Source: Candidatus Flemingiibacterium merdigallinarum
Lineage (GTDB): Bacteria; Bacillota; Clostridia; Oscillospirales; CAG-272
Direction: 5' to 3'
Length of the DNA stretch: 64,000 bases
Assembly: GCA_904386005.1 (NCBI GenBank)
Contig: CAJFKR010000001.1
Span: forward strand, 212,221 to 276,220
The first letter of the stretch is position 1. Each line of letters begins with the position of its first letter. Below, piece by piece: positions 56,535 to 64,000 of this stretch. A model generated the notes under the pieces. The model was given only the letters and a program-made list of their open reading frames with translations. It had not been told where the DNA came from and did no database searches. A program made the position numbers and the translations under genes.

Positions 56535-59500
56535 ATGGCTTCATTCAATGAGGAATTCAAAAATCCGGGCGCTGCGCTGCGCGCGAAGCCGTTCTGGGCA
56601 TGGAACGGCAAGCTTGAGCGCGGCGAACTGCTTCGTCAGATCGACGTAATGCGCGACATGGGCTTCGGCGGCTTTTTTATGCACTCGCGCACCGGACTTG
56701 ACACGAAATATCTCGGCGACGAGTGGTTTGAGCTTATAAACGCCTGCGCCGACCGCGCGAAGGAGCTGGGACTTGAGGCATGGCTCTACGACGAGGACCG
56801 CTGGCCGAGCGGTACCGCCGGCGGCGAGGTTACGAAGAATCACGATTACCGTATGCATTTTTTGCAGATGTATGTCGACGGCGAGACTCCCGAGCAGCCG
56901 ATTGCCGCGTTCGCGGCGAAGTTCGACGGCGAATATCTTTCGTCCTATCGCCGCGTTGACAACCGCAACGCGGACAACCGCAACACAGTTGACAATAAAG
57001 ATATCGCCGACGGCGAGCAGCTGCTGACCTTCGGCGTTGTCGAAATGCCGTGCAGCAGCTTCTACAATGGTGAGACTTATCTTGACACAATGAACTGTGA
57101 CGCGACCGAAGCGTTCATCGAGTCGACACACAAAAAATACGTCGAGCGCTGCGGCGACCGAATCGGTGACAGCATTCTCGGCATATTTACGGACGAGCCG
57201 CACCGCGGTTCGCTGATGTCGTCGTTCGGACAGGGCGTCGGCTCGGGCGAGCGTCAGATTCCGTGGACGAAGAAGCTGCCGGACGAATTCAAGCAGCGTT
57301 ACGGTTATGACATTGTCGAACGGCTGCCTGAGATATTCTGCCGGTATGACGACAAGCCGGCTGCGATAAAATGGCAGTATGTAGAGCTGTGCGAGGAGCT
57401 GTTCCTTGGCAATTTCCTGTCTCCGATAGACAAGTGGTGCCGCGCGCACAATATGATTCTGACCGGACACGTGCTGCACGAGGACACGCTGACCGCGCAG
57501 GTCGCGATGAACGGCTCGATGATGCGCAGCTACGCGGTCATGCAGTACCCGGGAATCGACTTCCTCGGTCAGCACGGGCGGGTATATTTCATAGCGAAGC
57601 AGCTGCAGTCGGTTTCGCGGCAGCTCGGCAAGACGACGCTGCTGTCCGAGCTGGACGGCTGCACCGGCTGGCAGATGTCGCTTGAGGACTACAAGTCTAT
57701 CGGTGACTGGCAGGCGCTGTACGGAATCAACCTGCGCTGCCCGCACCTGTCGTGGTACACGATGCGCGGTCAGGCGAAGCGCGACTATCCGGCGTCGATA
57801 CTCGGTCAGTCACCGTGGTGGCGCGAATATGCGTTCCTCGAGGACTACTACGCGCGAATCGCGCGCTTCGAGGCTGACGGCAAGGCTGACTGCCGGCTGC
57901 TCGTATTGCATCCGATCGAGAGCGTTTGGGCGAGGATTCATGTCGGCTGGTGCGACGGACTCGGCGCGCGCGAGGCCGGGGTCGCGCGGCTCGAGGAGCA
58001 TTTCACAAAGCTGTTCTATATGCTTGCCCACAGTCACATCGACTTCGATTACGGCGACGAGGGGCTGATGGCTGAATACGCGCGGGTCGAGGGCGGAAAG
58101 CTGTATGTCGGCGACGCGGTATATGACCGTGTACTGGTCAGCGGACTTGACACTGTCCGCGGCACGACGGCGAAGCTGCTGCACGATTTCGCTGCGGCTG
58201 GCGGACGTCTGGTCGTAGCCGGAGACGCGCCGGGAGCGGTCGACTGCATAACCGGCGCGCCCGAATGGTGTGCCGAGACTATCGACTTTGACGAGGCGGC
58301 AATCGCAAACGCTCTGTCCGACTGCGCGTATGACATCCGCTACGCGGACGGCAGCTGTGCCGCCGAGATATTCTGTCAGGCGAAGCAGGTCGGCTCGGAG
58401 CTGCGCATCGTACTGCTTAACGACAACCGCGGCGAGGGTCACAAGGGCGTGACTGTACGTGTAAAGGCGAACGGCGAGGTTGTGCGCTACATACCCGAGA
58501 GCGGCGAGGCGGTCAGGGTCAAGTCCGAGCGCGACGGCGAGTATGTCAAATTCACGCTCGACTTTGAGGCAAAGGGACTATTGCTAATTTCGGTCGGCGG
58601 AAACGCGACTGCGACCGATTCGGTCGATGCTGATTTGACTGTATCCGAATCACTTTCCGCTGACACCACGACGAACGAGCGCAGGGTTATCGGCGGCGGA
58701 TACGAATACGAGCTTGACGAGCCGAATCTCTGTGTGCTCGACTACGCGAGCGTGACTATAGACGGCGGCGGGGCGAGCGAGCCGATGGAGATACTGCGCT
58801 GTGACCGTTATGTGCGCGAGAAATTCGGTCTGCCGTTCCGCGGCGGCGAGATGTTACAGCCCTGGTTCATCGGTCAGCGAGAGCTGCCGGTCAAGGGGCG
58901 CGTGAAGCTGACGTTCGGCTTTGACGTCGAGGTTCTGCCCGAGCAGCCGATAAAGCTGGTCATGGAGGAGCCGGAACGTTTCGAGACCTGCATAAACGGC
59001 GAGCGGCTCGATCGTCTCTGCGACGGCTTCTTCTGGGCGGACAGCTGCTACTTCGCGTATGAAATTGCGCCTTCACAGCTGAAACTCGGCAGAAACGAGG
59101 TCACGATTGTCACCGACTACCGCGAGGACTCGAATCTCGAGGCGATGTTCCTACAGGGCAGGTTCGGTGTGAAGCTCGACGGCAACCGTCGCAGTCTTGT
59201 AAAGCTGCCCGAGAAGCTGGCTTGCGGCAGCATAGTCTCGCAGGGACTGCCGTTCTACTCGGGCAAGGTCACATACATTCTGCCGGTCGGCGATATCGAA
59301 TCGGGCAAGCTCGAGGTACCGGCGTTCGCGGGCAGCTGCGTGACGGTTTCGGGCAACGGCAGGTCGGCGCTGATCGCATGGCGTCCCTACGAAGCTGACA
59401 TCTCCGGCATGGTCGAGGGCGGCAAGCTACGCATGACGGTGGTTCTGACCCGACGCAACACGTTCGGTCCGCTCCACTGCGTCCCCGCGCTCTGCGGCGC

Positions 59501-59600
59501 ATACGGTCCGGGCAACTTCGAGACGGGCGGCAAGTCGTTCTCGGACGACTATATGTTACTTGATGCGGGACTTATGGCACCTCCTGTGGTCATTGGCTGA
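56535..59600 (+). CDS. large multi-domain glycoside hydrolase-like protein, no signal peptide
   Basis: ATG 56535 (MASFNEEFKNPGAALRAKPFWAWNGKL). TIM-barrel-like N-terminus (GFGGFFMHSRTGL...WLYDEDRWPSG). About 1020 aa. Family not assigned. Confidence 0.65.
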   Translation: MASFNEEFKNPGAALRAKPFWAWNGKLERGELLRQIDVMRDMGFGGFFMHSRTGLDTKYLGDEWFELINACADRAKELGLEAWLYDEDRWPSGTAGGEVTKNHDYRMHFLQMYVDGETPEQPIAAFAAKFDGEYLSSYRRVDNRNADNRNTVDNKDIADGEQLLTFGVVEMPCSSFYNGETYLDTMNCDATEAFIESTHKKYVERCGDRIGDSILGIFTDEPHRGSLMSSFGQGVGSGERQIPWTKKLPDEFKQRYGYDIVERLPEIFCRYDDKPAAIKWQYVELCEELFLGNFLSPIDKWCRAHNMILTGHVLHEDTLTAQVAMNGSMMRSYAVMQYPGIDFLGQHGRVYFIAKQLQSVSRQLGKTTLLSELDGCTGWQMSLEDYKSIGDWQALYGINLRCPHLSWYTMRGQAKRDYPASILGQSPWWREYAFLEDYYARIARFEADGKADCRLLVLHPIESVWARIHVGWCDGLGAREAGVARLEEHFTKLFYMLAHSHIDFDYGDEGLMAEYARVEGGKLYVGDAVYDRVLVSGLDTVRGTTAKLLHDFAAAGGRLVVAGDAPGAVDCITGAPEWCAETIDFDEAAIANALSDCAYDIRYADGSCAAEIFCQAKQVGSELRIVLLNDNRGEGHKGVTVRVKANGEVVRYIPESGEAVRVKSERDGEYVKFTLDFEAKGLLLISVGGNATATDSVDADLTVSESLSADTTTNERRVIGGGYEYELDEPNLCVLDYASVTIDGGGASEPMEILRCDRYVREKFGLPFRGGEMLQPWFIGQRELPVKGRVKLTFGFDVEVLPEQPIKLVMEEPERFETCINGERLDRLCDGFFWADSCYFAYEIAPSQLKLGRNEVTIVTDYREDSNLEAMFLQGRFGVKLDGNRRSLVKLPEKLACGSIVSQGLPFYSGKVTYILPVGDIESGKLEVPAFAGSCVTVSGNGRSALIAWRPYEADISGMVEGGKLRMTVVLTRRNTFGPLHCVPALCGAYGPGNFETGGKSFSDDYMLLDAGLMAPPVVIG

Positions 59601-59623
59601 ATACCAAGCTGAATTCTAATAAT

Positions 59624-59657
59624 AAAAGCGACCTCACGATTTTGTGAGGTCGTTTTT
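59624..59657. terminator. bidirectional terminator
   Basis: AAAAGCGACCTCAC-gattttg-TGAGGTCGTTTTT. Confidence 0.8.
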
Positions 59658-59979
59658 AACGTTTGGAAAGGAGATAGAGTGTATCGACCCAGCCGCTGAT
59701 TATCAGTATAATCGGCAGGTAGCGATATATGACTTTCGTAAATCGGTTGGGCTCCAAGCTGTCGGCGTTCTTATATTCGAGCGACAGCGAGAATCGGTCG
59801 ATTGACAAAAGCAATTCGACAATTTTGTCCGGAATCAGCACGAATGGTATGCAGACGACAAACAAACCGATACCGAGCCACGGCTGCTTTGAATAGCCGT
59901 CGGCTACGAGAATCGCGAAGTTTACGACGATTCCGGCAGCGCAGATCAGGGTGAGCAGGATTTTTTTGGCGGTTTTCAT
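59656..59979 (-). CDS. small membrane protein (3 TM), function unknown
   Basis: 107 aa hydrophobic ORF. Lower GC than its neighbours. Confidence 0.5.
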   Translation of the reverse strand: MKTAKKILLTLICAAGIVVNFAILVADGYSKQPWLGIGLFVVCIPFVLIPDKIVELLLSIDRFSLSLEYKNADSLEPNRFTKVIYRYLPIILIISGWVDTLYLLSKR

Positions 59980-59984
59980 TGTGA

Positions 59985-60515
59985 CTATTGTTCCTCGCGT
60001 TCTTTGAGATATTGTAAATACAATTCCTCGCGTGCCTCGAGATATTCATCGAGCGTGATTTCGCATAGGACTAACTTGTCGCTTTTATAACTTGTATGGT
60101 TTGCATCTGATTCGGTTATCTTAAAGACTGTGACCGCAAAACGCGACAAGTCGAACGTATACTGTTCGATTTCTCCGAAATTCATGATTTTGGATCCGTT
60201 CATATAGCGCAGCTGCTCGAATCTGTTGCCGAATTCGAAGGTTTCGATAGTTCGATCGAGCAGCTTAAAGCTGCCGTCGAAAATATCCTTGCGCAAGGGT
60301 CGTATTCTGCGTATGCCTGATATCAACACTGGCACATCACCGATATATTCATAACCGTTGTCAACAATCGAATAGACCTCAGCGGTGAATTCCTGCTCGA
60401 TTTTGATTGGTATGTATCCGTCGTAGGCTATCCATATCGCGGTCACGACAAATATTATTATGACAGCTGTCAGTATGCGCTTCTTTGCTGTTGTCATTGT
60501 TATGTCCTCATACAT
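59985..60515 (-). CDS. membrane-anchored hypothetical protein
   Basis: 176 aa, one N-terminal TM. ATG 60497 is an alternative start. Confidence 0.5.
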   Translation of the reverse strand: MYEDITMTTAKKRILTAVIIIFVVTAIWIAYDGYIPIKIEQEFTAEVYSIVDNGYEYIGDVPVLISGIRRIRPLRKDIFDGSFKLLDRTIETFEFGNRFEQLRYMNGSKIMNFGEIEQYTFDLSRFAVTVFKITESDANHTSYKSDKLVLCEITLDEYLEAREELYLQYLKEREEQ

Positions 60516-60626
60516 TGACGCTATTCGGTCGATTCGTACAATCCAAGTATATCATATTCCGCATAAATTGTCAATATATTCAGACGATATTTCTACAGCC
60601 AATTGTAAAATAACGCGGTCACACAC

Positions 60627-60660
60627 AAAAAACGACTTCCGCGTCGGCGGAAGTCGTTTT
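60627..60660. terminator. bidirectional terminator
   Basis: AAAAAACGACTTCCGC-gtcg-GCGGAAGTCGTTTT. Confidence 0.8.
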
Positions 60661-60674
60661 GTTGGATTGTGAAA

Positions 60675-61397
60675 TCAGCCGTTGTACGCGTCTTCGTCGC
60701 AGACTACAGTGACGTCGGGGTGCATATTCAGCATCGTAGCCGGATTCTGCGTCGTGATTTTGCCCGACAGCAGTCCCATCAGTACCTCGTGCTTGTTCTT
60801 GCCGCTGATGAGAATTATGATCTTGCGCGCCTTCATTATCGGAGCCATGCCCATAGTCAGCGCGTGGCGCGGCACTTCGTCAGCGCTCGCGAAGAAGCGC
60901 GAGTTCGCCTGAATCGTGCTCTCGGTGAGTCCGGTCTTGTGGGTGGCGGCTACAAGCTCGCTGTCCGGCTCGTTGAAGCCGATGTGACCGTTGTTGCCGA
61001 TTCCCAGCACCTGAATGTCGATGCCGCCCGCGGCTTCGATTGCCTTGTCGTATGCCGCGCACTCGGCGTCGGTGTCGACAGCTTCGCCGTTCAGGAGGTG
61101 GGTGTTCGCCTTGTCGATGTTGATGTTGTCGAACAGGTTCTTGTCCATGAAGTAGCGGTAGCTCTGGTCGTTCGTCGGTTTGATCGGGTAGTACTCGTCG
61201 AGGTTGTAGGTCTTGACCTCGGCGAAGTCGAGCTTGCCGGCTTTGTTCATTTCAGCGAGCTTTTGATACATTCCGACAGGAGTCGAGCCGGTCGCGAGAC
61301 CGAGTATGCAGTCGGGCTTCAATGTGATGACGCTCGCGACGACGTCGGCGGCCTTCGCGGACATCGCGTCATAATCTTTGCATATGTAGAGTTTCAT
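60675..61397 (-). CDS. nagB: glucosamine-6-phosphate deaminase
   Basis: 240 aa. LGLATGSTP and GIGNNGHIGFNEP motifs. Confidence 0.95.
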   Translation of the reverse strand: MKLYICKDYDAMSAKAADVVASVITLKPDCILGLATGSTPVGMYQKLAEMNKAGKLDFAEVKTYNLDEYYPIKPTNDQSYRYFMDKNLFDNINIDKANTHLLNGEAVDTDAECAAYDKAIEAAGGIDIQVLGIGNNGHIGFNEPDSELVAATHKTGLTESTIQANSRFFASADEVPRHALTMGMAPIMKARKIIILISGKNKHEVLMGLLSGKITTQNPATMLNMHPDVTVVCDEDAYNG

Positions 61398-61437
61398 TTT
61401 TACTTATACCGGAGAGTGACTTTCTCCGGCTCCTTTC
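61395..61437 (-). promoter_or_regulatory. SD-hairpin-AUG arrangement at nagB
   Basis: Minus strand reads GAAAGGAGCCGGAGAAAGTCACTCTCCGGTATAAGTAAAAATG. The only SD-like sequence lies 32 nt from the ATG, with a 7-bp hairpin in between. Confidence 0.4.
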
Positions 61438-61586
61438 AAGATTCCTTTTTCGGCGACGACCGACAATTTTCGCCGCGCCGATATATTTCCATACTAATTA
61501 TAATACTATTCGCGCGCGATTACAAGTGCTTGGCAAGAAAATTAAACAAAATGGCAATATCGTGTCATAACATGACGCGATAGCAA

Positions 61587-63680
61587 TTATTGTCCGTGCT
61601 TTTCACGGTAGGCATTGTAGACTCGCTCGAACCAGTTTTCGCGTTCGGGTATCGGGTGCACAGGTCGGAACGCGGTCACAAATTCGCCGTCTGACAGCCG
61701 TATCTCGCCGACCTTGTCGAAATGCTCGCGGTCGATTGGAGTTGGCGCGTCAAGGTCAGGCTCGCCGCGCGTTACAAGGTACGAGCCGCGGCTCTTGCCG
61801 CCGTCGTCGATATACGCGGCGATAGCGGTGAGGTAGGCGAGCTGGGTTACGAGTATGTCGCGGTTTATCGCGAGCTCGGCGCAGAGGTAGGCGTCGCGCG
61901 CGGCATAACTGTCGAAGCGAGCAAGCTCCTCTTTTGTCAGGTCAATCGCGTCGGCGATTTTGTCGCGGTCGCGCATGAACGCGCCGCAAGCAGTCATTCG
62001 CTCGGCGTAGGTCTGGCGGAGCACGAGGATCGCGTCGCGGTCAAGTCCGTCGTCGGATATTTTCGACAGATCACCGAGGTCGTCGGGCAGTGCAGTCAGT
62101 TCAGGCAGTGCAGTCAGTTCGGGCTGCGCATTGAGTTCGGACTGAATATTCAGTCCTGCGCCCGAGTCGGAATTGCACGCGCATTTCGACTTGTACGCGA
62201 TATGCTCTGCGGCGCGCAGACTTCCGACCTGCGTCGAGTTCAGCGCGCTGCCGCCCGGCCGGTGGATTCCGAACACGCCGGCAGCTTCGCCGACTATGTA
62301 CAGATTCGCGATGTTCGCGCTCTCGTAGTCGGTGCCCACCGAGAAGCCGCCGTTGTTGTGCTGCGCGCACATATCTATTTCGAGCGGCTCGGTATACAGG
62401 TCGATTCCGTGGCTGCGGTAGAGCTCGATTGCCGGCGAGTTCATAGCCGCGAGCCGCTCAATCGGCAGACCGGACAGTCCGCCCGAATTTTTGAGGTAGG
62501 TATACGCCTCGTCCTCGAGCAGCGCAAAATCAAGGCTGCCGTCTGAAGTCTCGGCGTCGGACATATTGCGGCGGAAATCCATATATACGCGGCGACCGCT
62601 CCGGCGTTCGTTATAGACGGCGATGTCGACAAGCGACGAGCCGTAGCCAATACCGTTTTCTAACTGTATACACAGCTTCGCCGGGTCGAACGGCCACTGG
62701 TAGCCCTTCTTGAATACCGCGGTCAGCCGCTTTTTGATGTCGGGGAAGTAGTCGGACAGGAACTCGCGCTCGTCGCTGCCGTCGGGCGCGGTCGAGTAGT
62801 AGCGCGGCAGAACCTGCTGGTAGGTGCCGGACAGATTCCAGCGGAATTTGACCGAAGCGAGCCCGTACTGGCTCTCGGTGAGGTTCTGCGCCATAGCTCC
62901 GGCTGAAAGCAGCACGCCGTGCGCGCAGGTCTGACTCTCGGGGTATACGGTCGCGGCGTATATCGCCGACGGTCCGCCGGTCGCCCAGACGATATTGTCG
63001 GCAGAGAATACGACAAGTCCGTATTCGTTGAACGCGCCGGCAGTTTCGGGAGCGACTGCGACGACGCCGCAGGCAATGTCGCCGCAGGGCGCATCGTCGC
63101 GCGGCGTGTCACCGTGTGTCAGCAGCTTCGTTACGCGATAGCCGTCGAATATCGGTATGTCCTTTTGCCGCACCGACTTCTCGAGCGCTTCGGTCATGTA
63201 TTTTGACGTGAGCGGTCCGCAGCTGGTCGCGCGGGTGCGCGTGTCGTGGTCGGTCTGGTAGCCGGCGAACTCGCCGTAGTCGTTGTACGGGAACGGCACG
63301 CCGAGCATGACGAGCCGCATGAACGCTCGTGTGCTTCCGGCGGCTTCGCAGAGCGCGAGGTCGCCGTCGGTCGAGCCGCCGTCGAACAGCGACTTCGCCA
63401 TATCGCCGACCGAATCGGGCGTGTCGCCCGACAATGTGAGCTTATAATAGGTCTGCTTGTCCGAGCCGGTGTTGCGCGACGTGCCCATATTCAAGCCCTC
63501 GGTGACTATGGCGACTGTAGCGTCGTCGGAGAGGGCCGCGACAAGGTCGGCGCAGTTGAGCCCGGCCGCGCCGCTGCCTACGACAATTGTATCAAAGCTG
63601 TACACCGGAGCCGTCAGCTTCTCGCCGTTCAGCAGAAATTCGCGCGATTTCGGGATTATCGGAGATTTTGAGATTATCAT
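61587..63680 (-). CDS. FAD-dependent oxidoreductase (fumarate reductase/succinate dehydrogenase flavoprotein-like), 697 aa
   Basis: Dinucleotide-binding VVGSGAAGLNCAD and GEAAGVFGIHRPGGSALN motifs. Confidence 0.75.
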   Translation of the reverse strand: MIISKSPIIPKSREFLLNGEKLTAPVYSFDTIVVGSGAAGLNCADLVAALSDDATVAIVTEGLNMGTSRNTGSDKQTYYKLTLSGDTPDSVGDMAKSLFDGGSTDGDLALCEAAGSTRAFMRLVMLGVPFPYNDYGEFAGYQTDHDTRTRATSCGPLTSKYMTEALEKSVRQKDIPIFDGYRVTKLLTHGDTPRDDAPCGDIACGVVAVAPETAGAFNEYGLVVFSADNIVWATGGPSAIYAATVYPESQTCAHGVLLSAGAMAQNLTESQYGLASVKFRWNLSGTYQQVLPRYYSTAPDGSDEREFLSDYFPDIKKRLTAVFKKGYQWPFDPAKLCIQLENGIGYGSSLVDIAVYNERRSGRRVYMDFRRNMSDAETSDGSLDFALLEDEAYTYLKNSGGLSGLPIERLAAMNSPAIELYRSHGIDLYTEPLEIDMCAQHNNGGFSVGTDYESANIANLYIVGEAAGVFGIHRPGGSALNSTQVGSLRAAEHIAYKSKCACNSDSGAGLNIQSELNAQPELTALPELTALPDDLGDLSKISDDGLDRDAILVLRQTYAERMTACGAFMRDRDKIADAIDLTKEELARFDSYAARDAYLCAELAINRDILVTQLAYLTAIAAYIDDGGKSRGSYLVTRGEPDLDAPTPIDREHFDKVGEIRLSDGEFVTAFRPVHPIPERENWFERVYNAYREKHGQ

Positions 63681-63721
63681 ATCAATTCGAAATTATAATA
63701 TCGATATTAAATCAAAGCGTG

Positions 63722-64000
63722 TTATAGCCGCGACAGCGTAAAGCCGCCGTCGATGTTCATGACGCTGCCGGTCGTGTAGGCAAAATAGCCCTCGGCGAGC
63801 GCGTATACCGCCTTGGCGATGTCGCTCGGCTGACCCATGCGCTTTATCGGTAAGAGGCCGCCGTTTATCATAGCCGTATACTTGTCCTTTACGACCGCGG
63901 TCATGTCGGTTTCGATTATGCCCGGGCGCAGCTCGTAGACGTTGATTCCGTACTCGGCGAGCCGGTCGGCGAACAGCTTTGTGACCATCGACAGTCCGGC
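63722..64000 (-). CDS. SDR-family oxidoreductase (3' part; 5' end outside window)
   Basis: C-terminal SDR sequence ([14 protein letters not shown]...[12 protein letters not shown]). The frame stays open to the window edge. Confidence 0.8.
   Translation of the reverse strand, partial: AGLSMVTKLFADRLAEYGINVYELRPGIIETDMTAVVKDKYTAMINGGLLPIKRMGQPSDIAKAVYALAEGYFAYTTGSVMNIDGGFTLSRL

Noticed and set aside
1-64000. Search for CRISPR arrays, tRNA, rRNA, tmRNA, SRP RNA, RNase P and obvious defence or toxin-antitoxin operons
   Set aside because: I saw no regularly spaced direct repeats with unique spacers, no tRNA T-arm/acceptor signatures and no conserved ncRNA core motifs. No uncharacterised multi-gene operon resembles a defence system. 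The unexplained signal in this window is mainly in non-coding repeats.

Overview
This is a chromosomal segment of a moderately GC-rich Firmicutes/Clostridia-type genome. The clues are a Cheo-type LexA box, GAAAGGAG-type Shine-Dalgarno (SD) sites, an ECF transporter S component and a Na+-translocating decarboxylase. Recognisable content: the rpmG-secE-nusG-rplK-rplA ribosomal/transcription cluster; lexA with its SOS box; a complete pstSCAB-phoU-phoPR-type phosphate module; nnr; uxuA; fba; nagB; and a biotin-dependent Na+-pump decarboxylase/carboxyltransferase cluster. There is also a strong host-glycan flavour: two GH29 fucosidases, two BNR/sialidase-like proteins, a large glycoside hydrolase, a Gfo/Idh/MocA oxidoreductase, an AraC regulator and five paralogous lipoprotein solute-binding proteins with no permease genes nearby. 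I saw no rRNA, tRNA or CRISPR array. The unusual signals are non-coding. First, a ~140-nt structured repeat sits in 5' leaders or intercistronic spacers (three copies). Second, a related SD-hairpin-AUG module recurs at several start codons. Third, a ~315-395 bp MITE-like element with terminal inverted repeats occurs three times plus one fragment, and one copy is split by an IS30-family insertion flanked by a long direct repeat. Fourth, there are several short tandem arrays. Coding oddities are a Cys/Asp-rich small membrane protein, a pentapeptide (EPxTF) repeat inside a sialidase-like protein, an N-terminally extended PstC, a frameshifted URO-D-like gene abutting lexA, and two AT-rich islands. 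All calls come from reading the sequence and the ORF track. No database search was run.
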